Source: Candidatus Iainarchaeum sp.
Lineage (GTDB): Archaea; Iainarchaeota; Iainarchaeia; Iainarchaeales; GCA-2688035
NCBI GenBank assembly: GCA_017610205.1
Contig: JAFCCL010000008.1
Coordinates: 29,932 to 93,931, forward strand
Direction: 5' to 3'
Length of the DNA: 64,000 bases
The position numbers and the translations under genes were made by a program. Of the stretch, positions 36,742 to 46,136 are shown one piece after another. Position 1 is the first letter of the stretch. Every line of letters begins with the position of its first letter. The notes beneath the pieces were generated by a model, which saw only the letters and a program-made list of their open reading frames with translations, was not told where the DNA came from and searched no databases.

Positions 36742-37763
36742 TTTTTTACAACAGCCTTTCCCCTCATTTCTTTCAGGTTTTTTGCACCTGCTAAAAACAT
36801 TGCAATTCTTAGTTCTTCAATTACTTTTTCAAGCAACTTTGTTACCCCTTCACTGCCTTCTTTCTGCTGTGCCTTTAAAACAGGCAGTGCCATTCCGCAA
36901 AGGTCTGCTCCCAGTGCAATTGCCTTTGCGCAGTCCAACCCTGTTCTTATTCCGCCTGATGCAATAATTTTTCCCTCAAAGGCCTTTCTGCACTGCACTA
37001 TGCTGTCAGCAGTGGAAATTCCAATATCCCAAAAGGTTTCTCCAACCTTCTTATTTCCCCTTTTTGAGTCAATTGCTGTCCAGCTTGTTCCGCCTGCTCC
37101 GCCAACATCAATTGCTTTTATTCCTGTTTTTGCAAGAGCTTTTGCGGTCTCAAAACCGATTCCGTGACCAACCTCTTTTACGTAAACAGGTTTCTTAAAT
37201 TCTTTTGCAAGTTTTTTAATTTCTTTTAATCTTCCCTTAAAATCTGTTTCTTTTTCAGGCTGCATTGCTGCCTGTGCTGCATTAACATGAACTGCCAGAG
37301 CATCTGCTTTAATTGATTCAATGGCTTTTTCCAATTCTTTCACTGAATACTTTCCCAGCTCTGTTACCCCAATATTTCCTGCCAAAAAGATTGTTGGAGC
37401 AACATCTCTTACAAAATAAGTGTCTTTCAGTAAAGGGTCTTCAATCATTGCCCTTTGGCTGCCTAAACCCATTCCAATTCCAAGTTCTTCACAGGCTTTT
37501 GCAATGTCTTTGTTTATCTTTTTTGCCTCTTTAACTCCGCCTGTAATTGCTTCAACCATTAATGGTGCCTTAAAGTCTTTTCCAAGAAAGCTTGTTTCCA
37601 GCTTTACTTCTTTTTTGTCCATTTCAGGCAAGGTTTTGTATTCAAGTTCTACTCCTTTAAATCCAACTTTTTCAAAGCCGGTTGTCTTTTCCTTGAATTG
37701 CACGTCTTCTGCAATACCTATTTTGAGGTGCTCTGCTTTCCTGTTTTCTGTTTCTTTCGTCAT
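36738..37763 (-). CDS. fni: Isopentenyl-diphosphate delta-isomerase type 2
   Basis: RKAEH, ITGG, GSQRA, KEVGHG, GAGGTSW, ASGGIR. Confidence 0.95.
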   Translation of the reverse strand: MTKETENRKAEHLKIGIAEDVQFKEKTTGFEKVGFKGVELEYKTLPEMDKKEVKLETSFLGKDFKAPLMVEAITGGVKEAKKINKDIAKACEELGIGMGLGSQRAMIEDPLLKDTYFVRDVAPTIFLAGNIGVTELGKYSVKELEKAIESIKADALAVHVNAAQAAMQPEKETDFKGRLKEIKKLAKEFKKPVYVKEVGHGIGFETAKALAKTGIKAIDVGGAGGTSWTAIDSKRGNKKVGETFWDIGISTADSIVQCRKAFEGKIIASGGIRTGLDCAKAIALGADLCGMALPVLKAQQKEGSEGVTKLLEKVIEELRIAMFLAGAKNLKEMRGKAVVKN

Positions 37764-37811
37764 CTTTAATCAATTCAATTTAAGTTTAAAAAAGGTTAAA
37801 AAAGGCAGGAT

Positions 37812-38612
37812 TTACAGCCTTATTTCTGTTCCTTTAACTTCTTTTTCTGTCAAAGCTTTGTAAAAATTTTCTTTCTGGTTTGCGTCAAAAATCAAAGCAG
37901 TTGTTCCTTGTAACATTTTCTGTATCTTTTCTAACTTTCCTTTCATTCCACCTGTTACATCAACTGTTCCTGCTTCATCTGTTTGTGTTATCGATTCTTC
38001 AAAATTATTTTTGTCAATTAATGGAATTCTTTTTGCATTTTCATCTTTTTTTGGATCTGCAGTATAAATTCCTGCAACATCTGTTCCAAGAAAAACCTTT
38101 TTTGCCCCAAACTTTTTTGCCAAAAAACCAATTATTGTATCTCCGCTAATAACACTTGCATTAAGACTTTCATCAGGAACCATTTGCCCAAATAGCACTG
38201 GGATCTTTCCTTTAGCTGTTGCTCTTTCAATTTCATCTGTTTTAAACTTAACAATCTTTTTGTTGTCTTGTTCAACTATTTTGTTTGGGTCAAATGGGAT
38301 TGCATCAAGTCCTGCTTTTTTAAGAGCTTCAACCACAATCGAATCAAGCAAATTACAGTCTTTGATGGTTTTTGCAAGCCCTTCTTTCTGCCTGTCACTA
38401 TAAACTCCGTTGTTAATGTCATATTCGACAACATTTGTGTGGCCAAACGGGCCTGCGCCGTGCACTATAATTAGCTTGAATTCTTTCTCATCCAAGGCTC
38501 TTTTTATTTCTGAGGCAATTCTTTTCAAAACAGCTTTTTTTGCCTCAAATTTGTTGCCTTCCTTTTCTGTGATGGCAGAGCCACCTAACTTAATTATGTA
38601 TAAGTCTGTCAT
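37812..38612 (-). CDS. ipk: Isopentenyl phosphate kinase (C-terminal part of the 592-aa ORF; has its own ATG)
   Basis: IIKLGGSAITEK, VHGAGPFGH, ISGD, DVTGGM; located in the mevalonate cluster. Confidence 0.9.
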   Translation of the reverse strand: MTDLYIIKLGGSAITEKEGNKFEAKKAVLKRIASEIKRALDEKEFKLIIVHGAGPFGHTNVVEYDINNGVYSDRQKEGLAKTIKDCNLLDSIVVEALKKAGLDAIPFDPNKIVEQDNKKIVKFKTDEIERATAKGKIPVLFGQMVPDESLNASVISGDTIIGFLAKKFGAKKVFLGTDVAGIYTADPKKDENAKRIPLIDKNNFEESITQTDEAGTVDVTGGMKGKLEKIQKMLQGTTALIFDANQKENFYKALTEKEVKGTEIRL

Positions 38613-39590
38613 GTTTTTGTTCACTCTATTCATTTTTTGAAGATGTTCAGCAAGTCTTTTTTCATGTTTGCTTTCTTGGAATATTTGTATTAACCTATCA
38701 AAAGCCTTTTTAATGAATTTTTCACTTTCATTGGCGACTTGCATATTGAAGGGTGGAAAAAGACAATGACTTATTCCTAATCTTCCATCATTTGAAAGGC
38801 AAATATTATAAACACCCTCTTGACAGGGGTAAATTGGGCAGGTTTTGCAAAATTCATGAAAATGTGTTCCTTTGAAGGAATCCTTAAAAATTATCTTACT
38901 TTTTCCAAGTTTAATATATTTCATCGGAAGACCCTTCCTGTTATCTGATTTGAACTTGTGTACACTTCCTTGGTTTTTTAATTTATTAAACAATTCACCA
39001 ACGTCATAAAATTCTTTAAACCAATATTTTAAATCATAGTTTGAGTTGGGATAAAGATCCAATATTTTCAGATCTATCTGATTTTTTTTACAGTATATAA
39101 TTATTGAATGAATATCCTCGCTATTTGATTTCAAAGCGACTGTGTCAATTCTAACCGGTATTTTTTTTGAAAGATTTCTAACCAACGTGCCTATGGATTC
39201 AGTCCAATTTTTTGGACTTCCAACACTTTTGAAATAGGAATCAACACTAACTCTTAACTCAAAATTATTTAAGTTTCCAAAAAAAGTTTCATGTTTTTTT
39301 AGATTAATCCCATTTGTATTTAAGGCTATTATTACATCACTTCCTAATTTTTGCAAATCAATAATTAAATTATGCAAATCTTCTCTTAGAAGTGGTTCGC
39401 CTCCTGTTAAACGAAAGCAGTTTATTCCCTTTTTATAGGCTATTCTAGCAATTCTCATTATTTCTTCACTTGAAAGGTCTTTTTTGGTACTGCCGTATCC
39501 TTCTCCATAAACCCCTCCTGCATATTTACAATAAGGGCAGTTCATATTGCATTTATAAGTACAAACAATTGTCAGGTATGGTTTATTCAT
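37812..39590 (-). CDS. MoaA-like radical SAM protein reading in frame into isopentenyl phosphate kinase
   Basis: CNMNCPYC, LTGGEPLLR, LNTNG, VSVDS, CKTCPIYPCQEG; no stop before MTDLYIIKLGG. Confidence 0.8.
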   Translation of the reverse strand: MNKPYLTIVCTYKCNMNCPYCKYAGGVYGEGYGSTKKDLSSEEIMRIARIAYKKGINCFRLTGGEPLLREDLHNLIIDLQKLGSDVIIALNTNGINLKKHETFFGNLNNFELRVSVDSYFKSVGSPKNWTESIGTLVRNLSKKIPVRIDTVALKSNSEDIHSIIIYCKKNQIDLKILDLYPNSNYDLKYWFKEFYDVGELFNKLKNQGSVHKFKSDNRKGLPMKYIKLGKSKIIFKDSFKGTHFHEFCKTCPIYPCQEGVYNICLSNDGRLGISHCLFPPFNMQVANESEKFIKKAFDRLIQIFQESKHEKRLAEHLQKMNRVNKNMTDLYIIKLGGSAITEKEGNKFEAKKAVLKRIASEIKRALDEKEFKLIIVHGAGPFGHTNVVEYDINNGVYSDRQKEGLAKTIKDCNLLDSIVVEALKKAGLDAIPFDPNKIVEQDNKKIVKFKTDEIERATAKGKIPVLFGQMVPDESLNASVISGDTIIGFLAKKFGAKKVFLGTDVAGIYTADPKKDENAKRIPLIDKNNFEESITQTDEAGTVDVTGGMKGKLEKIQKMLQGTTALIFDANQKENFYKALTEKEVKGTEIRL

Positions 39591-40507
39591 TTTTTCTTAC
39601 TCCGGTTTATTTGATTGAAATAATCTTCAGCAGGATATGCTCTTTCTTGCATTTCGTAAAATAAGTTGTTGTAAAAGTCTACCACTTCCTTTTTTTGATG
39701 TACTATACCTGTAAGTGCCCCGCTTGAATTTAGGACAATGATTACTTTATTTTTTGATAAATAAACTCCTAATGGGAAATGTTCGTCTACAACTTTCATT
39801 GAAGCATCATACTTTTTTATTTTGGATTTTATCTCCGATATTTTTTTCTTATATGCCAGCTTCCCTTTTTTGTTTTCAATTAGTTTAAGAAATTCGTCTA
39901 GAGCCTGTTTGCAAACAACGAATTCAAATCTTGATCCTTCTTTAAATTTCTTAGTATAGAGATTGTTCAATAAAATTGGTGCATTATCTTTAGAATCGGT
40001 AAGTGCATCTCTTGATTTTGCTATAAGATTGTGTATCTCTTGGAATTCTTTTGTAGGTGCCAAATAAGTAAGGTAGGGCAGTGCAGGATACCTAAGAATA
40101 TATTTGAATTCCTTTCCAGTAGACAGCATCTCCATTAATTTAAATATAAATTCTCTTTTGTCGTAGATTATTTCAAAATCACCCAAATCTGTGTTTTCCT
40201 CTCTTAAAAGATCAGTGAGTCGCTTCTGCTTTTTTGTGAACTGTCCAAATTCTTCATTTAGAAAATCAAGCATTTTTTGTTCTAAATTTGGAACTGAATA
40301 TGTTGCTGGAAAGTCAGATGATTTTTCGATAAGTTTTAGTTCCAGTAATTTATTCAAAAATGTATAAATTTTACCTTTTGGGATTTTTGTTAAACTGCAA
40401 AGATTTTCTGCTGTCATTTTATTTTTTACAAGTTCTGAAATTATTGTCGTATCTTTTTTTGTAAGATTAAACTCTGATTGTAAGACTTGTAATAATTCTT
40501 CTCTCAT
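39587..40507 (-). CDS. TrmB-family transcriptional regulator
   Basis: TAENLCSLTKIPKGKIYTFLNKLLELKLIEK...PATY, with a PLD-like effector C-terminus. Confidence 0.8.
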   Translation of the reverse strand: MREELLQVLQSEFNLTKKDTTIISELVKNKMTAENLCSLTKIPKGKIYTFLNKLLELKLIEKSSDFPATYSVPNLEQKMLDFLNEEFGQFTKKQKRLTDLLREENTDLGDFEIIYDKREFIFKLMEMLSTGKEFKYILRYPALPYLTYLAPTKEFQEIHNLIAKSRDALTDSKDNAPILLNNLYTKKFKEGSRFEFVVCKQALDEFLKLIENKKGKLAYKKKISEIKSKIKKYDASMKVVDEHFPLGVYLSKNKVIIVLNSSGALTGIVHQKKEVVDFYNNLFYEMQERAYPAEDYFNQINRSKKK

Positions 40508-40600
40508 TCCAGTTCCCCTTTTTTAATCGTTAAACTTGGTTTAAAGTAAAGATATAAATATATGATGAAGACAAACATCATATAAATAAACCGTTTATTT

Positions 40601-40957
40601 GTGGTAAATGTGCTTATATTAGTTGGTTCAACAAATAGGAGGAAAAGTGTCAAATTTGCAATAGTTGAAATTCTTAGTATGGAGTGGCCACTGAGCCTTA
40701 AAGCATTGCATTATTTACTTTCTAAAAAATATGCTTTAAATGTCAGTTACCAAGCAGTTCATAAAGCAATTAAGCAACTTACTGAAAACCAAATTGTTGA
40801 AAAGGACAACCGTTATTATCTGCTTAATATGGCTTGGATTTCAAAAGTTAAAGATTTTGGAAAAGAAACAGAACTAGCTTATTCTAGTGATACTAATTTC
40901 TATAAAAATGAATTTGAAGTAGTAGCTTCTCTACTTAATCGAGACAAAACCCCCTAA
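40601..40957 (+). CDS. Winged-HTH protein
   Basis: WPLSLKALH...VSYQAVHKAIKQL...YYLLN. Confidence 0.7.
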   Translation: MVNVLILVGSTNRRKSVKFAIVEILSMEWPLSLKALHYLLSKKYALNVSYQAVHKAIKQLTENQIVEKDNRYYLLNMAWISKVKDFGKETELAYSSDTNFYKNEFEVVASLLNRDKTP

Positions 40958-40971
40958 AGCAGATTTCTTAT

Positions 40972-41358
40972 TTACTTTTCCACCATTCCTTGTTCTGCGT
41001 CAATTTTTACTTTGTCGCCTGTTTTAATCTTTTCTATTTCAATGTGGTCTACGCATGGTATTTCTGAAATGATGCAGCCAACTGCTACAATGGTTTCGCA
41101 TTCTTTGTTTATAATTGCAAGTGGTGCTTTTCCGTTTTTTTTCAGTTGGTAAAGAGTATAGCTTCCGACAGTTGAGCCTGTTCCTTGTGGAAAAACAAGT
41201 ATCTTTCCGGAAATGCTTTGTCCTTCTAATGAGTGTCCTTTTTGAGTTACAATTCCGGTGTCTGCTTCAACTCCTCCGTAAAACGAAATTCCCTCTGTTG
41301 TTGCAAGCACTTCTCCTTCTACTTTTCCTTGAAATATTTTTCTTCCTTTCAATTCCAT
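40972..41358 (-). CDS. Phosphomevalonate dehydratase small subunit (AcnX swiveling domain, DUF126)
   Basis: ISFYGGV, GKILVFP, GSTVGSY, AVGCIISEIP. Confidence 0.92.
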   Translation of the reverse strand: MELKGRKIFQGKVEGEVLATTEGISFYGGVEADTGIVTQKGHSLEGQSISGKILVFPQGTGSTVGSYTLYQLKKNGKAPLAIINKECETIVAVGCIISEIPCVDHIEIEKIKTGDKVKIDAEQGMVEK

Positions 41359-42537
41359 TTAATCACCACCTGTTGCATCTTCAATACATTTCTCTTGTGT
41401 TTTGAGCTGCATTTTGAAGTTGTTTTTTCCTCTTCCGTAAAAAACACCTTTTGCTGAATTTATTGCAACACACTTAAACCTTCCTTTCAATGGTGCAACC
41501 ACGTGGCAGGTGTCACAGGCAAACTTTGCGCCAGATTCTTCTATAATTCTAACATATCCTTTTTCTTCAGCTTGTTTTTTGATTGGTCTTGCGGTGCAAA
41601 TCCATGTTTCTTTTGTTACTTTTTTTCCTTTCAAAAGATTAGCTATTTTTCCAAGTTCTTCTATTGAACAATGCGGGCAACCTAATAGAACAAAGTCTGT
41701 TTCGCCTTCATCAAACATTTCTTTTTTTGCCTGTTCGATGTCTGCTGCACTAAGTTCAATTTTTTCGCTTGGTTCGATTATTTCATTTGGGGTTATACCT
41801 TTTATATGAAATAGTGCAGGAGCGCCGTATGTTACAATAGATGCACTGAGGCTTTTCAATTGGTCTTCTGTTGCCTTTTTTATTCCTATGATTAGCGGTA
41901 TTTTGTTCCCAATTTTTTTTCCTACCAAGTATCCCAATGCACCAAAGTCTGTTTCGTCGTGCAAATCTGTTTTGACTTCAACAAGAACCTGCGCTTGTCT
42001 GTTTTTATCTAAATGAAAACCGTATTCTGGAGTTCTTCCTGTTAGGGCTGCTGCCAGTGCACTTGGCCCACCCTCTTTACTTGTTTTTGCGCCCAAAACA
42101 CTGTTTGCAAATGTTACTGCGCTGCTTTCGCCCCAAGAAATATGCTCGCCTTTTTTTGGTCTGTTTCCAATAAAGTACGGGGTGCATGTGCATGTTGTTT
42201 GAATTCCCATCTTTGCAAATGCATCAATAACTTTTTTTTGCTTTTCAGCAAATTCCGGGGAGATTCCAAGAGCTTTCCAGTTTTCCATATCCATCCCTGC
42301 TGGATTAAGTGTTGTCAAGACCTTTACCTTACCATCCTTTGCCATTTCTTCCAAGTACTCTAGACCTGCATCTCCCAAATTTGCATAACTTACACCAGAA
42401 ACCTGAACACTTGTAACTGGCACAAGCCTTTTCGCACCGAAAATGTCTCCTAAAGCAGTTAAAATTTCCATGCTTTTCCTTGCAGCATTTCCCTGCTTTC
42501 CTTCAAGCATTTCTTGTTCTTCTTGAGTTAGTTTCAT
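41359..42537 (-). CDS. Phosphomevalonate dehydratase large subunit (AcnX, DUF521)
   Basis: SGVSY, TTLNP, CTCTPY, WGESSA, GCPHCS, DTCHVV, NSAK. Confidence 0.93.
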   Translation of the reverse strand: MKLTQEEQEMLEGKQGNAARKSMEILTALGDIFGAKRLVPVTSVQVSGVSYANLGDAGLEYLEEMAKDGKVKVLTTLNPAGMDMENWKALGISPEFAEKQKKVIDAFAKMGIQTTCTCTPYFIGNRPKKGEHISWGESSAVTFANSVLGAKTSKEGGPSALAAALTGRTPEYGFHLDKNRQAQVLVEVKTDLHDETDFGALGYLVGKKIGNKIPLIIGIKKATEDQLKSLSASIVTYGAPALFHIKGITPNEIIEPSEKIELSAADIEQAKKEMFDEGETDFVLLGCPHCSIEELGKIANLLKGKKVTKETWICTARPIKKQAEEKGYVRIIEESGAKFACDTCHVVAPLKGRFKCVAINSAKGVFYGRGKNNFKMQLKTQEKCIEDATGGD

Positions 42538-43310
42538 TTTCTTGCCCTCCTTTGCACTTTCTTTATTTTCATTCTTCCAAAAACGTTTGCTTTCTTTATT
42601 ATTGGAATTCCATCTTTTTTAGCTTGTTTCCTTTGACCTTTTGTTGAATATCCCCATCTTACAAGAAGGCTTTTTGTTCCAACCTGTTTTACATCCTTTA
42701 TTTGCTTTACTGCGTCCTCTATTAATACTATCTTGTTTGGCTGCACGCCTGCTTTTCTTGCAATTTCCTTTATTTGTATCTTTTTGTCTTTTGAGAATTC
42801 CTTTGCTATAATATGTGATTCAGGGATTTTTATACCATAAGTTGCAAGTAGTTCAGCTGTTGATTTCTTATCTTTTGTTGTTGCAATAAATACTTGGTTG
42901 GTTTTTTGGACTTTTGCAATAAATTTTGCAATTTTTGGAAAGCTTTTTGTAAGTGCAACCCATTCTTTTGGGGAAATTTTTTTCATCTGTTCTCTGTGGA
43001 AATAAAACCTTTTTCCGAATTCTGCTGCTTTTACAGTATCTTTTTGATATTCTGTATCAAACTGCCTTTGAGTCACTCTATTAAATTTTATTTTTGGATT
43101 TTCCTGAATTAATCGCATTACTGTAAATAAGTGCTCAACCTTTGTAATTAATGGTCTTCCTTCCAAAAATTTGTGCTTAATAGTTTTACTTGACATATCC
43201 CTTTTGTCTATTTCTGAGAATGCCTTTACTGACTGTACAAAACATTCTCCTGCGCTGTCGCCTATTACTCCGTCAAAGTCGAATGCAACAACTCCTTTTT
43301 TTGCAGCCAT
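42534..43310 (-). CDS. HAD-superfamily hydrolase
   Basis: FDFDGV, IATTK, K, LIED and WGY motifs. Confidence 0.85.
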   Translation of the reverse strand: MAAKKGVVAFDFDGVIGDSAGECFVQSVKAFSEIDKRDMSSKTIKHKFLEGRPLITKVEHLFTVMRLIQENPKIKFNRVTQRQFDTEYQKDTVKAAEFGKRFYFHREQMKKISPKEWVALTKSFPKIAKFIAKVQKTNQVFIATTKDKKSTAELLATYGIKIPESHIIAKEFSKDKKIQIKEIARKAGVQPNKIVLIEDAVKQIKDVKQVGTKSLLVRWGYSTKGQRKQAKKDGIPIIKKANVFGRMKIKKVQRRARK

Positions 43311-43316
43311 TTTTTT

Positions 43317-44612
43317 TTACTCCAGATACTTTTTCAAGTCTGCTTTTGGAAAGACCGCTTTTCCAAAGCTTTTTCCTTTTGTTTCAAGGGGTGCAGTGCA
43401 GTCAAAGCCGCATTTTGTTGTCATTTTTGTTCCTGCTTCTGCGCTTGGGTCAAGGCTGCTTCCTTTTTCCTTGTCTTTCATTACAAAATCCCTTTCTGCC
43501 TGAAACCTTGTTGCCATTCCCCATTCTGAATCCTCGTCATTGTAAATGTCAATATCCTTATCGTAAACAAAGATGTGTTTGCAGCTTTTGTGTCCTTCGA
43601 ATCCTCCTTGGATTGCTTTTTTCCCATCTTCCTCATTTTTCTTGTCAATCTTAATACGTGCGTGAAGCCAACTGCATCCGCCTGGGTTTACATTTACATC
43701 AAGACATTTTACACCTGCTTCATTAACCTTTTTGAACATTGTGGGCTCTCTTGGCATTCCCATCAAAATCTTGTGTTCAAGCTTTCCTGGAAGCAGTGCC
43801 TGCCATATTGCGTCCTTTCTGTGAGTTATTTTTGTCACAGTAAAAACAGGTTCTTGTCTTACAACATCCTGTGTTTCTGTTAAATCAATAAACGGTCCTT
43901 CATCATGCATTTCTTCCAGAGAAATTGTTCCTTCCAGGACAAATTCGCATTCTGCCGGAATTATTGCGTCAAATGTTTTTGCTTTTGTTACCTTTAATGG
44001 CCCCAAAGTGTTTGCAATTTCCAATTCATTTTGCCCTATTTCGACAGAGGTTGCTGCTGCGACAAGCACGTTTGCTCCGTTTCCAATGCAGATTGCCATT
44101 GGCATTGTTTTTTGTTCCTGCAAAAATGTGTCAAAATTTCTTTTCTTTACAATCCTTACCACTAGCTTGTTTTTTGCAATTTGCATGCATCTATGAAAAT
44201 CTAAGTTCTGTCCTTGTTCTGGGTGCTTTGCTACCACAACCCCACTTGAAATATAGTTTCCGCCGTCGTTTTCGCAGTGGAAAAGAATAGGAATTTTGTC
44301 AAGATCAACTTCTGGCATTTCAACTTCCTGGCATGGTGCATTTTCAATAACTTCTGCTTTTGTCGGGCCTTCAATTGCCTTTGTAATGGTGGGAATTAAT
44401 TCATTTACTTTGCATCCAAAATAGTTTGCTATTGAATCTTTTGTTGGAAAAATGTTTGCTGCAACCTTGAAATCAGATTCTTTAATTTTTTCAAAGAGAA
44501 CTGGTTTGTCAAACAATTCGTTTATGATTGCACTTGCTTCAAGTTTTTTTGAAACAGGTTTTTTTATTACTGCTAAGTCCTTTATTTCTTCCAAATAGCT
44601 TCTAAAACTCAT
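43317..44612 (-). CDS. ubiD: UbiD-family decarboxylase (anhydromevalonate phosphate decarboxylase)
   Basis: DGGNYISSG, FHR, EGPFID, EHKILMG, SSLDPS; pathway context. Confidence 0.92.
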   Translation of the reverse strand: MSFRSYLEEIKDLAVIKKPVSKKLEASAIINELFDKPVLFEKIKESDFKVAANIFPTKDSIANYFGCKVNELIPTITKAIEGPTKAEVIENAPCQEVEMPEVDLDKIPILFHCENDGGNYISSGVVVAKHPEQGQNLDFHRCMQIAKNKLVVRIVKKRNFDTFLQEQKTMPMAICIGNGANVLVAAATSVEIGQNELEIANTLGPLKVTKAKTFDAIIPAECEFVLEGTISLEEMHDEGPFIDLTETQDVVRQEPVFTVTKITHRKDAIWQALLPGKLEHKILMGMPREPTMFKKVNEAGVKCLDVNVNPGGCSWLHARIKIDKKNEEDGKKAIQGGFEGHKSCKHIFVYDKDIDIYNDEDSEWGMATRFQAERDFVMKDKEKGSSLDPSAEAGTKMTTKCGFDCTAPLETKGKSFGKAVFPKADLKKYLE

Positions 44613-45163
44613 TACTCCCACCTCTTGAATTTGTTATTTTTTATACTAAAAATATCCTGTATTTTCCCAATAATAAATGCCTCTAAATCCTTAATACTTT
44701 TTGGTTTGTGATAAAATCCAGGGCTTAGTGGCATTACAATTCCGCCGTATTTTGCTATTTTTGCAAGGTTTTCCAAACATGGTCCGCTTAGCGGAGTTTC
44801 TCTAATGCATACCACTAGCTTTTTTCTTGTTTTTAGCATGTTGTCAGCTGCCCTTGAAATCAGGTTGCCAGAGTGTGCATTTGCAATCTCTGAAACAGTT
44901 TTTACTGTTGCAGGGCAAACAATCATTCCATCTATTGAAAACGAAGAACTGCTTATTGCTGCAGCCATGTCTTTGTAACCGTGGCATTTATCCGCAAGCT
45001 TTTTCACTTCTGCAAGCTTGTAATTAGTTTCTTCTTCAATTAGCTTTTCTGCCCACTCGCTCAAAACAAGGTGTGTTTCAATTTTGGCTTCTTTCAACGC
45101 TTTCAAGAGCTCTATTCCATATCCAACGCCTGAAGCTCCGCATATCGCAACAACTAGTTTCAT
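44612..45163 (-). CDS. ubiX: Flavin prenyltransferase UbiX
   Basis: ICGASG, ISSSSF, LISRAAD, RETPL, PGFYHKP. Confidence 0.95.
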   Translation of the reverse strand: MKLVVAICGASGVGYGIELLKALKEAKIETHLVLSEWAEKLIEEETNYKLAEVKKLADKCHGYKDMAAAISSSSFSIDGMIVCPATVKTVSEIANAHSGNLISRAADNMLKTRKKLVVCIRETPLSGPCLENLAKIAKYGGIVMPLSPGFYHKPKSIKDLEAFIIGKIQDIFSIKNNKFKRWE

Positions 45164-46104
45164 TTTTTGGCTCCAATTTCTGTTTTCAATGTCTTGTATC
45201 CTAATTCTTCCACTTTTTTTGCAACCTTTTCTTGCAATTCATTACCAGGTGTAAGTAGCAAAACATAGCCACCTCTTCCTGTGCCTGTAAGCTTTGCCCC
45301 CCAGGTGCCTGCTTCTTTTGCAGTTTTTATAATGTTTTCTATTTCATTGCAGGAAACACCAATTTGCTTTAAGAGTTCCTGGTTTTTGTCCATTTGTTCT
45401 CCTACAGTTTTCCAGTCTCCTGTTTTTATGTTTTCAAATGCCTTTTGGCATGTTTTAGTGTATTCTTTAAAGATTTTTTCAAACTCTTGTTCGTTTGCTT
45501 CTTTTTTTTCTCGAACGTCTGCTACGATTTTTTTTGTTTCCTGTGTTATTCCTGTACTTGCAAGAACTATTTCAACAGGCTTTTGAACTGAAAATCTTTC
45601 AATCTTGTTTGGGCCGCCTTGCATGTTTTTTTCAAACCAAATAAATCCTCCAAATGTTGAACAGGTGTTGTCTATTCCTGAAACACTTCCTTTTCCTGTT
45701 CCGCCTTCTTCTGCGATATATGCGATTTTGTTTATTTCTTCATCGTTTAAATTCATTTCAAGCATTTGGTTTAAGGCTCTTGTAATTGAAACAGCGAGTG
45801 CAGCGCTTGCTCCAACTCCTGAACTGCATTGAAGATTTCCTGTAAGAGTAATTTTTATTGAATTTCCTTTTTTGTCTAGTTTAAATTGCTTTAGTAATGA
45901 ATCAAGTTGGTTTTGAATTTCCTGTTTTTTCTTTTCTTTATATCCTGGAATTTCTGGTCTGTTGTCAACAAATTCAAATTTTTCAGCTTTTTCAACATTT
46001 GCAGTTGTAGCATTTCCCAATCCAGAGGCAATTCCAGGCAAGCCATATACCACAAAATGCTCTCCTATAAGAATTGTTTTTCCAAATCCTTTTCCTTCTC
46101 CCAT
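45160..46104 (-). CDS. mvk: Mevalonate kinase
   Basis: GKTILIGEHFVVYG, GVGASAA, SGID, GAKLTGTGRGG. Confidence 0.93.
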   Translation of the reverse strand: MGEGKGFGKTILIGEHFVVYGLPGIASGLGNATTANVEKAEKFEFVDNRPEIPGYKEKKKQEIQNQLDSLLKQFKLDKKGNSIKITLTGNLQCSSGVGASAALAVSITRALNQMLEMNLNDEEINKIAYIAEEGGTGKGSVSGIDNTCSTFGGFIWFEKNMQGGPNKIERFSVQKPVEIVLASTGITQETKKIVADVREKKEANEQEFEKIFKEYTKTCQKAFENIKTGDWKTVGEQMDKNQELLKQIGVSCNEIENIIKTAKEAGTWGAKLTGTGRGGYVLLLTPGNELQEKVAKKVEELGYKTLKTEIGAKK

Positions 46105-46136
46105 AAAATCCTTCCTTGTTTTATTGTAAAAGTAAT

